From positions 1 to 41,060 of the forward strand of contig NIVC01003021.1 of the NCBI GenBank assembly GCA_002269645.1: DNA of 41,060 nucleotides. Direction: 5' to 3'. Both the position numbers and the translations under genes were made by a program. Positions 1-12,202 of this stretch are shown one piece after another (positions within the stretch are counted from its first letter, which is position 1; each line of letters begins with the position of its first letter). The notes below the pieces were generated by a model. It was not told where the DNA came from. It made no database searches and was given only the letters and a program-made list of their open reading frames with translations. This DNA is from Macrostomum lignano (Eukaryota).

Positions 1-248
1 GCAAAATTTGTTGGAACCATGGAAATTTGAGGACCGTACATGGACACCTCATTTCAATACCAACTTTAATTTCGAAAAATGCCAACCACTGACACTGTTC
101 ATAATATCAAACTTCATAATACCTTTCGGGTCTACACAAGGAAACTCGCACGTACCGTTCAGTGTCGAATCTAAACTTTTTCCTTCCAGTTGTTGAACTT
201 TTGTCACTTAACTAAAAAAGTCATTTAAAAGATATCATTCCGGCTCAC

Positions 249-1696
249 CTGAACCAGCATCTTCCAGTCGCCAATCACATCCGTGTCGGTGTTGACGTAC
301 GCGACCAGCCGGCTACCAATGCGCATGAACTCCTCCTCGACCCACTCCACGCTGCCCATCAGGCCGAGCTCCTCGGCGTCCCAGGCGCACATCAGGATCG
401 TCCGGCGCGGACGCCAGCCAGTTTTGTCGCGCAGCTCCGCCAGGGCGCGGCCGGTCTCCAGCAAGGTGGCCATACCAGTGTGCGGGTCCACGGCGCCGCC
501 AAACCAGGCGTCCCGGTGGCTGCCGATCAGCACCACCCGGTCGGGCTCCTGATCGCCGAGAATCTCGGCGCACGAGTCGTACACCTCGCGTAGCCGAACT
601 GCAACGGCCAGTGCACCCGGAGATGGGGCCTCTCGGTGCCGGAGTCGGAGGCAAAGGCGCTGGCCAGGACTTCGGCGTCTGCCACGGAGATCGGCACCAC
701 CGTGACGTTCAAGGCGGACTTCCAGCCGGCCTTGCCGCCGGGCTCCTGCCGGCTGGCATACCAGCGGGACGGGTAGCCGGGCGTAGTCGGGTCTCCGACA
801 GTGTCCTCCGGCCCACCGACATGGAAGGTGACGGCCGTGTCGGGCGATCCCGGACCCTCAGGATAGGCTGGCTGCTGCGGCTGGGCCGCATCCGGGTCGC
901 CCGAACCGTCCTCATCGTTTCCTGGCGGCGCGTGCACCAGAAGGAAGCCGGTGTTGTTCGTAGTCCTGGTAGCTACCTGCATTAGCAGCTCCAGTAATGC
1001 TGTCTCGTTGGGTCTGACCAGCACCAGGTTGCCTTCCAGCAGGGCGGTCAGATTCTCTACGCTCATGTACTCGGCAAAGTCCTCAGGTTGAAGCAGGCCA
1101 AAGTGGCCGCTGAGCGGTCGGGAATACGCGTAAAACGCTCTCGACAGACCTTCGATGTCCCGATCCTCTCGAGTCAGCGGCTTGTCCAGCTCAAGCGCTC
1201 GGCAGTCCTCGGCGAAACACACCGACACACTTGGCTGCTCGATCGCCTCCGATCTCGACGAATTGACGCGGCGGCTCTCGCCTTGTTGCTCGAAGTAGGA
1301 AATCGGCACCTCGTAGGATCTTCGGGATACGCGAAAGCCCAGATCGCGCCAGAAGTTCTCCACGTACTCGACGTGACGTATCGCTGTTGGAGAGCCGGCC
1401 AGAGAAGAGGTGCGCGACAGCTCCCGTACGTGAACTTTCAGTCTTGAGCTGGAGTCTCTCAGCAAGTCGCGCAGCTTGTCTCGATTCGCCCGCATGGCGC
1501 CGTCAGCATCGCCGACTGGCGTGCAGGCGACCTGGGTGAGAAGCGCGACCAGGCCGACTGAACAGAGGGCCAACTTGATGCAGGGGAACATTTTTCCGCC
1601 TGTTGGCATAACACGCTTCCGCCCCCAGTTCCAGCCATCTTTTATCCGCGTAGCCATCGAAGCCCCTGGGGGGGGGGGGGCAAGCGCATTAATCAT
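249..1696 (-). CDS. M28B glutamate carboxypeptidase II / NAALADase-like type II membrane peptidase, 5' coding exon; one apparent 1-nt frameshift at ~599; gene continues past the left edge
   Basis: N-terminal hydrophobic anchor (LALCSVGLVALLTQVAC). GDPTTPGYPS, VVPISVADAEVL, EPDRVVLIGSHRDAW..GAVDPHTG, WDAEELGLMGSVEW and AYVNTD match GCPII motifs (GDPLTPGYPA, GHRDSW, WDAEEFG, YINAD; Zn ligands H, D, E, D and catalytic E). Donor CAG|GTGAGC at 249/248. ORFs 527-1696 and 225-584 are consecutive halves. Start codon uncertain (a G13 run lies near it). Confidence 0.88.
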
Positions 1697-2138
1697 CGGG
1701 CGCGTTTCGCTAGCCGAACGTCTCGACCTTTCTGCAATATCAAGCTAATTGGACGCAGCCGTGGCGCAATAGCCCGGCTCTGCGCAATTCTAAAGCCTAT
1801 AATTTACATCCGAACACCATCGGGTCGAAGCCAAAGTCCTCATTAGAAAATTCCACCGTATTCCTCGTATTGCGTCACCACTTGGGTCGCTTTCAAATTT
1901 GGCAATAATACTCTCGCAGATTAAGCAAAGAATGTTGGCAATTAGCGAACAGGGAAGGTGCTGTTGAAGGTGGTATAGAAGGAACAGAAAGGACTGCCGT
2001 TGGAAAACTCCATGGACAGCTGAGGAAGCTATAGCTGAATCACGTGATTCTGGCCTCACGTAAGGCCAGGTTTTCGCTGCAAGATATTGATTACCTTCCG
2101 GACGGTTGATTAACATTTTTATGCAGCAATTGTTATGA

Positions 2139-2322
2139 CGGCTGGCAAATGTCGGCTGGCAAATGTCGGCTGGCAAATGTCGGCTGGCAAATGTCGGCTG
2201 GCAAATGTCGGCTGGCAAATGTCGGCTGGCAAATGTCGGCTGGCAAATGTCGGCTGGCAAATGTCGGCTAGCAATTATGTCGGCAGGCAACTGTCGGCTG
2301 GAAAATTTCGGCTGGCAAATCT
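2139..2322. repeat. 14-bp minisatellite (GGCTGGCAAATGTC), ~13 copies
   Basis: Tandem copies read directly; they generate the 2135/2163/1790 pseudo-ORFs. Confidence 0.95.
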
Positions 2323-3242
2323 CGCTATCCCGTGCAAGTGAATGCTTAGGATTCAGCTTAAAAATGTCATTGAAGCGATTAAATGTTCACTCTTATTACA
2401 AGTCTACTCATAGTAGACATATGCAGTTATCTACAAAAATATTAACTTTGAAGCTTCTAAACCTTCTTTAGAAGGAGCCATCGTTACCTTGAGGCCTCAT
2501 TATCTCTGCGTAATTAAATGCTTTGCCCTCAATTGTAATATTGTAATAATGACACAAAAAAGTAATAAACAAGCCCGTCTTCACATGCAGTTGTCTCTCT
2601 GATCTCTCTCTCACCCACTCGCAATTTGCGTCATAGAATGGCAGCTCAGCTTTACAACTGAAGTTGTTCAAGAGACGTCAGAGCTGAACAGCGATGGCAA
2701 AATGCATGCAGGTAGAAAATTTTCTAAACGAGCTCAATTGTGCTGCTCTTCATTCTCTTCATTTCTTCAGGCAAATGGTTGGCTACCCACCCAAGTCCTG
2801 GGCCGTTCTTACTGGATGTACATTCAAGTACTGCAGACAAGAGTGATGATGCTATTTTTAGACCATATGGGACAGAAATGAACAGACCCGATTGCAGCAG
2901 GGAGTGGTTGTTGGAAAGGTTTTATTGAGAGTAAACACTCCCTCCCTCTGTACGTTTACTCTCCGGACTTGCAAGTGCGCCCCTGTGTTTGACCGTATAT
3001 ATTCACCCAGCAAATTCACATAGGTACTCACGGAGGCTTAACGGCACCCACTGACGGCTTTATCTGTTTTTGCTCAAAGCAGTTCTTCAAGAAGGTAAGA
3101 TATATAAATTTCAATGATTGGTAGATGCACTGTGTTGATGCTCAGTAGCTGGATGCAGACTGTTGAGTGTTGATGCTCAGTAGCTAGATGCAGACTGTTG
3201 AGTGTTGATGCAGATTTCAGAAGGCACCCAGCCAGCACTGGA

Positions 3243-4911
3243 ATGGAGCGCATTCAGCTGAGCTCGCAGGCGCAGCACGACGTGCAGGCGTACGCTGAAT
3301 ATCGACACATAGTTGGCGACGACGATGGCGGCAAGATGTTCACTCCCGAGGAGTACGAGGCCTACAAGAAGCGCGTGCTGCCGGGCCGCATAAAAAACCG
3401 CCTGTACGTGAGCTGGACGAGCCCAAGTGGAATGGACTGCGTGCTGGTTGGACCCGAGACAGAGTGCTTCTGCCAGCACAGGTGCGTGTCACTAGGCAGT
3501 AGAAAAATACCTGATCGGTTTGATGGTGAGGGTGACTTGAGCTCCCTTGCACGGCAAGAATTAAGGTTAAATCTTAATTCTCATATCATATCTCATATCA
3601 TATTGTAATATATTAAATCTTAATCTCATATTGTAACAGAGCTTGGAGAAGGCTTTTAGAGCACGGGTTTACGACGTCTGCTAGTTAGTAAGCATCCAGC
3701 TAGCAACACATCCGGCTAGCAACACATCCGGCTAGCAATACATTCAGATAGCAACACATCCAGGTAGCAACACATCCAGATAGCAGCACATTCGGCTAGC
3801 AACACATCCGGCTAGCAAAACATCCGGCTAGCAACACATCCGGCTAGCAACACATCCGGCTAGCAACACATTCCGATAGCAACACATCCAGATAGCAGCA
3901 CATCCGGCTAGCAACACATCCAGTTAGCAACACATCCGGCTAGCAACACATCCGGCTAGCAACACATCCGGCTAGCAACACTTTCGGCTAGCAACACATC
4001 CGGCTAGCAACACATCCGGCTAGCAACACATCCGGCTAGCAACACATCCGGCTAGCAACACATCCGGCTAGCAACACATTCAGATAGCAACACATCCAGA
4101 TAGCAGCACATCCGGCTAGCAACACATCTACGATCATTGCGCTTCCAGATAATTACATTCTTTTTTATGCACCTCGAATCCCTCCAGGTACAAACAGCAC
4201 AAAACCGATTTCGAACAGCTGCCGAGCAGTCGGCCGATTCCGCTGCCCTGCCAGGTGCGCGGCTGCCCGTGCCCCGGCTACTGCTACATGCCGAAGAACG
4301 GCGGCCAGCCAGTCCGCTGCCACTGCAAGCACCTGGGCACCGAGCACGCGCCCACTCCGCCCTACCTGTGCAAACGTCGCGAGTGCATGAAGTGCGCCGG
4401 TTATAAAACTTCGTTCACCTGCGACTGCGGCCTGCCGGCCCATCAGCACGAGACTCTAGTTGAGACTGGCGAGGAGCGCGAGGCCCGCGGTCACCCAGTC
4501 GGCCAGTCGGTGCCGTACAAAGCCATGGGCGGCATCACCGGCTTCAGCTCGCTGGCCGCCGGCTACGCCCGCCTGGACCCGAGCGGCCGGGGCGCGCCGT
4601 CGGCCGAGTTCCTTGACCAGGAGATCACCGGGGACGATAACCCGTTCCTTCGGGCGCACGTGGGCGGCATCAAGGAGCACAAGATGCGGATGGGCGACAT
4701 GCAGGCGGCGCTGAAAGACTCCGAGGAGCGGCAGTCGCAGATGCGCAGGCCTGGAGAGTCCGAGCTGGATTATTACGAACGGCGCTACCAGGAGAAGCAG
4801 AAGCGAGCCGCCGCCGCCCCGGCCAGGCCCGCCGTTTCCGGCAACGAGGCCCCTGCGAAAGTCGGTCAGCGAAAGCAGGTGGCCGCCAAGCCGCAGCAGA
4901 AGAAGCGATGA
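3243..4911 (+). CDS. FAM221A: FAM221A-family Cys/His-rich protein, join(3243..3481,4188..4911), 320 aa
   Basis: MERIQL..EYRHIVGDDDGGKMFTPEEYEAYKKRVLP..SPSGMDCVLVGPETECFCQHR|YKQHKTD..QPVRCHCKH..YKAMGGITGFSSLAAGYARLD closely matches recalled vertebrate FAM221A. Donor CAG|GTGCGT at 3481, acceptor CCTCCAG| at 4187, phase 2; total 963 nt is in frame. Possible 5'UTR intron 3095-3220. Confidence 0.95.
3693..4128. repeat. 16-bp intronic minisatellite (GCTAGCAACACATCCG), ~27 copies
   Basis: Tandem copies inside the FAM221A intron. Confidence 0.95.
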
Positions 4912-5899
4912 AGGAGCATGAAAACTTCCCAATCACCCAATTGTCGGATTAACTTTTTAAACTGTGTTCTTATATCAGTGTGCCTTTTCTATATTTTCCG
5001 TCCAATTTTATTTTTTTAAAAGACGATTCTCTTTCGTCAGTGTTTCCCACAGATATTCGTACTGGAATAACTAGATGGACCACTCAGCACATTTGCGTCT
5101 AAGCTACTTTTAGTTCAGTAGTAAGTGAAGCTGAAGCATTTTAATGTATTTTTTAAGCCAAGGCTTATCTATTGGCTCTTACCCCCAAGCTTAAACCCTC
5201 AAACACCCCACAAGAACCTCTACCCCTGCCCCGCGAACCCAATTTTTATTACCTTCCTCAGTTGTTCCAGCCTAAACATCTGCCATGTACATTTCAGTGG
5301 CTAATGTACATTATTGCTGAACCAATTAGCCAGTTTTTTACGCCTGCAAGCTTGGGCTTTTAAACTTATCAGAGTCATCTCAGCTGGCTTTATTAGTATA
5401 AAATAGCTTATGTCGTATATGCTTATGTTTATTGCTAATGAACTGAAAGCAGAAAGCTGTTTTAGTAAGTATATATGCCTGAGTGGCCCATCTATAATTA
5501 TTCTCTGGTATCTGTGGTGTTTACTAAAAAAATCACATCGTAGCTTTATTGCCGTGTCTGGATGAATTTTTTTCCGAGATGTTAAAGTCTCACTATATGC
5601 TCGTAGATTGTATTGTACTGACTTTAGTGATTGAAAGCACACAACATGCGCAGTAGAAAACTGAATAAAATAGAGGTGAATAAGTAAAAATCGAATTTAC
5701 ATGTCATCTGGTACTTCATTTTCTTTCACATGTTGAAACTTGAGTCCAAAATAGATCTCATTTTTGAGCACACGTTTGCTATTTTGTCGTTAGAAAACTC
5801 TTTCAGGAAACTCTCGCGAGTGAGTACGATCGGTAGCAGTAAGTGAGGATTTACCACAGACAGTCTTGGCGGGGAACCGATCGTGTTTTGACCATAGAC

Positions 5900-6400
5900 A
5901 ATCTCAGTCGGGCGGGGGCTGCCAGTGTATTTTCAAACTCGTTTCGTTCCCGCTACGAATGTCTATGGTAAAAAGAGGCAGTTTATCTGGTGCCGGAGCG
6001 CCGAGTGCCAAAAGTTCTTAGGAAGCCAGGGTTGTGAGCCAGGTTGCCTTCCGGTTCCGCAGTCTCGAGCTCGTGTATCGACTTTTTCTGGGTGCTGCTT
6101 TTGCACACGGCAGCAAAGTGGTTGCTTGTCTACAGAACTTGCACTGGTTTTCGGCACTTTGGTTCTTGTCCACTGTGACGCTGGCAATGACTGCTGGAGC
6201 TGATTGTTCAGCTGGGATGCTGGTTGCTAACTGCTTGAGCTGATCAGAGCTGCTGTACCTCAATGATCAGCCTTTTCTTGGGTGTCACCTTCTCCATGAT
6301 CAGTTTGCGAATATCTGCGCGAAGTCCATATTCTATAGGTCTTAGTTTCTTAGGCTACTCCATCATAGAACCTCTTCAGCCATGCCTCAGTCATGCTTGC
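5900..6400 (-). mobile_element. Degenerate LTR-retrotransposon (Ty3/Gypsy-like) gag fragment with CX2CX4HX4C zinc knuckle
   Basis: Minus strand 6143-6103 reads TGC AAG TTC TGT AGA CAA GCA AC CAC TTT GCT GCC GTG TGC = CKFCRQA(N)HFAAVC, then KS, if one A is restored. Upstream gag-like IEYGLRADIRKLIMEK with in-frame stops. No LTRs or RT seen. Confidence 0.62.
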
Positions 6401-7579
6401 AGAAAACGAAACAAGGTCACGTGATGGCTATTAATACGTACATGAAAGCTTAGGCATTCTTTCCCGTGAAGAGTTTCTATTCTAGATCAGTTTAATTAGT
6501 TATAATTGACCTGTTTAAAATAAGAACTCTATTTTTCTCCGCAATGCGCTACTTAAAGTAAAGAGAAGCCAATTTTCACTGAAATTTATCTGGTAAATAT
6601 GTAAGAGTGTGTACTTGACAGGCCCAGGAAAAATCATAATCCTGCCATGTTGCCTGCGTGCACAGCTCATAGTCGAGTGATTTGGGCGGCGGGGGGTGGG
6701 CGACAATTTCCATGCAAATGACTCTTCGATTTACACCAGCCAGCAGCCATTCTGCTTTATTCGAGTTGCGCCGGCCGCGCCCAAAGTCTAAGTAGATTGA
6801 GTAAAAGAGTCGATTCCATGCCCCGTGTCCGGCCCGAAGAAACTATAAGCTATAGGGCTAAAATAAAAGCTCTTAAGATTCCCTCGCCCCACCCATTCTA
6901 CAAGCTATTATAGACTCGATGGTACGATAGAATTCTTCCACTAATGTCAGCTTTCTACTAGTAGGCAAGAGAGTTAAGTACTGGCTAGAGGTTTCATTGT
7001 TAACTATAAGAACGGCTGGTCTGGCCTCATTGTGCCATAGCACTACAAGGCAACAGTAGAGTCGAGGCGTGGCTTGCAAGCGCAGTGATGCATGACAGGC
7101 CCCCATAGCAGCTGGAGAGGCGCGTTCCCACAGTCTCGGCAATGCCGCCCCCCCCCCCTGGGTCTGAGTTCTTTCCTCTCTCGCTCTCTCACTCGCTCAG
7201 CTCGTATCCACTGTTAAAACTGCATGGTGGCCCGAGCTGTTTCTGTACTGCAACCAGAACCAGCCAGCTGAGGTACTGTGAAGCGGCATAGCTACGATGG
7301 GGAGTGTGTAACATGCATATAGGGCTATTGCCTGCTCTTCTTGCCTGGCTTTCTTCTTTCTCAAACAACTGCTCAGCCAATTATGGCCGACCGAACACAC
7401 AGTGCAAACCACCCCCGACCAAACTGTTTTGGGTAGGCCTCTCTGGGTGCAATAAAAGCTGGCGGTGCGTTGTGCTTCTGCAGTAGACACAAAAACAGGG
7501 TCTTGCACTCGTAAGAGACGCCAGTCTGAAGCCATCAGAGTTGATACAAAGCAAATCTCGGTCTGTCAGAGGTGCCTTC

Positions 7580-9742
7580 ATGCACGCATTCAGCTACCTG
7601 CTGCTCGGCTGGGCGTTAGTCGGGGGTGTCGCACACGGATGCACTCTGGAGGCTGAAAATATCTACGTTTATGACTACACACCAGCTGGGACAGTCGTGA
7701 TGCCAGTCATTGTGAAATCTCCAGACACTCTGGACCACGCTGCCACAAGTATTGATACCCAGAACGCCGGGATGCCTCTCGAAGTTCTGTCAAACAATTC
7801 CCTGTTGCTGAAGTCACCAATGACGGGTGTTAAGGTGCTTCGTATTACATGCGGCGATGGAGAAAAGAAGCTTCTCATAGTGAACATGATCGACACCGAC
7901 AACAATGCTCCCGTGTGGGACAGCTGGAACTACACCTACTCAGTAAGGGAGACTGAACCGGTCCCATACGAGCTGAAAGTGAAGCCGAAAGCCACGGATG
8001 AACCTGACAAGAACAGCGGACAAAGGCTCGAATATAGCATTCTTCCATCGGAATATTCCAGTTATTTTAGCTTGCTCAACCCGAGTCAATCCGTGATGAA
8101 CATCTCGCTCATCAAACAGCTAGACTACGAAACAGTGCAGCAGGTCGTTCTCATCCTGAAAGTCTCTGATTACAACACAACTGGCCAGAAAGTGTTCGAG
8201 GTAAACACAACCCTCACTGTGAACATCATCAACGAAGACGACACGAACCCCGTGTGGCTGAACTGTACAGCCGGGGCCCCGAGCGGGGTCTGCTATGTAC
8301 GCGAACTGCTGTCGAACAGCACGTCAGGAACTCTGATATCGCCACCCATCAAGGCAGTAGATGGGGACATTGGTCTGAATGCCGCAATTTTTTACACAAT
8401 CGTGTCTCAAAGTCCTTCAAGCATTGTGAACATTGACAATGCGACTGGAGCTCTGTCCATGATCACAAACCTGCCAGATCCAAACAGGTACAGCATTGTT
8501 TTGTTTGCCACTCAGGCGAACAATGGCGATAGAAAGACCAACACAGAGCTGCAGCTCAACATTGTGGCTGCCTCGTACACGCCGCCTGTGTTCGATTCGA
8601 CCCTCTACAACGTAACCATCATGGAGAACAACCCTCTAGGACTGGTGGTGGTCGTGAAGACAATCGATAATCTGAGGAGAAGCGTGACCTATCACCTGTC
8701 AGGGTTTCTGGACGTGTTCAGCATCGACGCGTCAACGGGGGAGCTGAGAACAATCAAATCGTTGGATTATGAGTCGAAGTCTTCGTACACGCTCAACGTG
8801 TCTGCATCTGACGGAACTGGATGGGGATTTACGACAGTGCTGGTACTGGTTGGAAACGAGAACGAGTTCAATCCCACATTCGACAGTGCCGAGTACACGT
8901 TCGCCGCCGCGAAGCGCGAGATCGGCCTCGAGGTTGGCAGAGTCAGCGCCGTCGATGGCGACGGATCAACGGTGACCTTCTCTATCATGGACACCGACTA
9001 CAGGAAGCTGTTCGCAGTGGATGCAAAACTTGGCATCATCACAATCAACACTATTCCAGCAAATCTTGCTGAAAAAAGCTACCGCTTCAGCGTTACAGCT
9101 TCGGACGGCTCCAGGACCAGCTCCGTCACCGTCATTGTCAACTTCGATTCCGCCCTGATCAACGTTGCGAACGCCTCCGTCAGCACGATTCCCCTCATCG
9201 TTCTGGGCTGCGTCTTCGCCGTGATTATAATCTCAGTTATCGTGGCATTCCTGCTCTACAGACGCTACTCAGCGAAGCAGGCGGACTCCGAGACCGGCCC
9301 CCCGGATGGCAGCGAGCTGCCGGACAGCTACGATTATCACGACATGAACGAGTTTGGCGGCACCTCACTGCAGGACAATCCGCTGGACGGCTACAACAAC
9401 TACATGTTCGGTGACCAGGCCGGCTCGGATGTCGGCTCGTTCAACCGGGAGCGCGACCAAGGCGAGCTGTTTGTCAGCAACGGTGTTTACCAGCTGGGCT
9501 CGGCTAATGACTACTATTCCTCGATGACTAACGGAAGCATTCACACCGTGTCTGGCGAGGGCTCTCTGGTTGGCAGCCAGCGAACGCTGGTGCACAGCTC
9601 GCGGCCGAGGCAGCTGCACGCAGGCAGCAATCTCAATGTTGTTCAGGTGGAGAACGCGGTGGACGCAGCCTCGGATCTGCCGAATTCACAGGGCGACCAG
9701 CTGGGACGCAACGGTGGACCGGGCTTGACTGTCTACTTCTAG
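7580..9742 (+). CDS. Intronless non-classical cadherin: signal peptide, ~5 EC repeats, TM, ~140-aa tail ending TVYF; 720 aa from ATG 7580
   Basis: Signal peptide MHAFSYLLLGWALVGGVAHG. Ca-binding motifs DTDNNAP, LDYE (x2), NEDDTNP, AVDGD (x2), NENEFNP. TM IPLIVLGCVFAVIIISVIVAFLLY followed by RR. Confidence 0.93.
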   Translation: MHAFSYLLLGWALVGGVAHGCTLEAENIYVYDYTPAGTVVMPVIVKSPDTLDHAATSIDTQNAGMPLEVLSNNSLLLKSPMTGVKVLRITCGDGEKKLLIVNMIDTDNNAPVWDSWNYTYSVRETEPVPYELKVKPKATDEPDKNSGQRLEYSILPSEYSSYFSLLNPSQSVMNISLIKQLDYETVQQVVLILKVSDYNTTGQKVFEVNTTLTVNIINEDDTNPVWLNCTAGAPSGVCYVRELLSNSTSGTLISPPIKAVDGDIGLNAAIFYTIVSQSPSSIVNIDNATGALSMITNLPDPNRYSIVLFATQANNGDRKTNTELQLNIVAASYTPPVFDSTLYNVTIMENNPLGLVVVVKTIDNLRRSVTYHLSGFLDVFSIDASTGELRTIKSLDYESKSSYTLNVSASDGTGWGFTTVLVLVGNENEFNPTFDSAEYTFAAAKREIGLEVGRVSAVDGDGSTVTFSIMDTDYRKLFAVDAKLGIITINTIPANLAEKSYRFSVTASDGSRTSSVTVIVNFDSALINVANASVSTIPLIVLGCVFAVIIISVIVAFLLYRRYSAKQADSETGPPDGSELPDSYDYHDMNEFGGTSLQDNPLDGYNNYMFGDQAGSDVGSFNRERDQGELFVSNGVYQLGSANDYYSSMTNGSIHTVSGEGSLVGSQRTLVHSSRPRQLHAGSNLNVVQVENAVDAASDLPNSQGDQLGRNGGPGLTVYF

Positions 9743-10613
9743 CGATCGGAGTTCGAGCCCCTTTGCATGAACTTGACATTGAATTTTTGAGCCTCATTTA
9801 CACGTAGCTAAAAGTTGGTTTCTGCTGCAACTTGACTTTCAAAACCGTATGTGCGCACAGTGGCACAAACCCAGAATCATTATGTAATCGACACGTATTG
9901 CCTGCTGATCCCTAACTTCCTTTCATTCCTAAGGTTTCCATCAGTATCAAAATTAATCCCTTGTTGCCTGTTTGAGTCCGCCATTCCCAGTTTTCGCGCA
10001 TTTAACTGCCATCCAGTACAATTGATGTTAAATAGAGCTCCATCAAGATATTTTTATGCAAACTTTGTTGACAGAAGCTCAGTAAGTTCCTGGGGTTTTT
10101 TCGACATCAGATGTATTGATAGCGATGTATAATATACGCCTCGAGGTTTCTCGAGTGTATTTTAACATCTTCTGCTCGCTCTTTGCATTCTTCTTTCTCG
10201 GGCTCGCCTCGGATCCAGCTGGGCTCAGAACAATGCCTGCTTATGGAGCGATTAGCCTAATGATAGAGTAAGAGTGAGAGCATAGAAACCATTTATGCCG
10301 ACAACTGCACTGATGAAGGAAGAGTTTAGACCTCAGACTCCGCAGCATGGGCGGGCCGCCCTCTCCATGCGAGAGTTCTCAGGCCCTGCTGCTGGCCCTC
10401 AAAACACTTCAGATTTGAATCGGCAGATTTGCATGGGTCAGCTGGATGAAATTGTTGCGGCGCTCCGATGCTGCTGCACCCGGCCGGTCATGGGAAAGTG
10501 AAGGCGTGTCCTGTGCAGCTCTCGGTTGAGAAGGAGGCTGTTTGCAAAATAAGCATTGCAGTCTCAGGCCGCGGGTTCTGCGGCCAGCATAAACCCAAAT
10601 ATGGAAATTAATG

Positions 10614-11182
10614 GACTGACTGACTGACTGACTGACTGACTGACTGACTGACTGACTGACTGACTGACTGACTGACTGACTGACTGACTGACTGACTGAC
10701 TGACTGACTGACTGACTGACTGACTGACTGACTGACTGACTGACTGGCTGACTGACTGACTGACTGACTGACTGACCGACCGACCGACTGACTGACTGAC
10801 TGACTGACTGACTGACCGACTGACTGACTGACTGACTGACTGACCGACTGACTGACTGACTGACTGACTGACTGACCGACCGACCGACTGACTGACTGAC
10901 TGACTGACTGACTGACCGACTGACTGACTGACTGACTGACTGACTGACTGACTGACTGACCGACTGACTGACTGACTGACTGACTGACTGACCGACCGAC
11001 CGACTGACTGACTGACTGACTGACTGACCGACCGACTGACTGACTGACTGACTGACTGACTGACTGACTGACTGACTGACTGACTGACTGACTGACTGAC
11101 TGACTGACTGACTGACCGGGGCGACTGACTGACTGACTGACTGACTGACTGACCGACTGACTGACTGACTGACTGACTGACC

Positions 11183-11213
<31 letters not shown>

Positions 11214-11703
11214 CGACCGACCGACTGACTGACTGACTGACTGACTGACTGACCGACTGACTGACTGACTGACTGACTGACTGACTGACTGACTGACCGA
11301 CTGACTGACTGACTGACTGACTGACTGACCGACCGACCGACTGACTGACTGACTGACTGACTGACCGACCGACTGACTGACTGACTGACTGACTGACTGA
11401 CTGACTGACTGACTGACTGACTGACTGACTGACTGACTGACTGACTGACTGACTGACTGACTGACTGACTGACTGACTGACCGACTGACTGACTGGCTGA
11501 CTGACTGACTGACTGACTGACTGGCTGACTGACTGACTGACTGACTGACTGACCGACTGACTGACTGGCTGACTGACTGACTGACTGACTGACCGACTGA
11601 CTGACTGACTGACTGACTGACTGACTGACTGACTGATTGACTGGCTGACTGACTGACTGACTGACGGACTGACTGACTGACTGACTGGCTGACTGGCTGA
11701 CTG
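10614..11703. repeat. (GACT)n tetranucleotide array, ~270 units with GACC/GGCT variants
   Basis: Read directly; source of the SQSV pseudo-ORFs. Confidence 0.98.
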
Positions 11704-12202
11704 TAGAGATTCTGAAGCACTTCATTTTAATTTTAAGCACGTGACAAATCTCTTTTCCTTGCAGATTACGATCGTAAGAAGACATTAAAATATGAAAGAC
11801 AGCTCGAATCTTCAAAAAAGATTACGTTTACGGTTTTGCTTACACTGAACAAGTTATAGCGTTTTGGCTCTATGTAGACCGCAGCATCATTGCTTTCTTT
11901 AAGAGTGATTCTCATGGCCAGATGAGGAGTGATTCTCATAGGTGGTTAATCCGGTCAACATTTAAATATTACAAAAAATTTTTACTTTCCTTTACAAAAG
12001 CGCTGGCGGAGTCATGAGAGACCCGTGAAATTTCAATCATTTTAATTGTACGCATATTCAAAGAAAAAACCCTTCAATCTCTACTGGTAGTAGAAACATT
12101 GATTATTAACCTGACAACATCGAATTTTGAGCTCAACTAATGGCAAAACACCTAAATAGATGTTCAATTTTTTTATTTCGTCATTATTTCTGTTTCTTAA
12201 CT

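Noticed and set aside
585-616. 32-nt GT-AG mini-intron that would repair the peptidase frame
   Set aside because: Weak donor (GTGCAC), no pyrimidine tract, and it would delete residues that align with the beta-strand preceding IYNVIG in GCPII; a single-G loss is simpler.
283-1748. Overlapping antisense and alternate-frame ORFs over the real genes (also at 4165-4936, 19039-19932, 20387-20882, 38498-39135)
   Set aside because: Expected shadows of GC-rich coding sequence with few stops in other frames.
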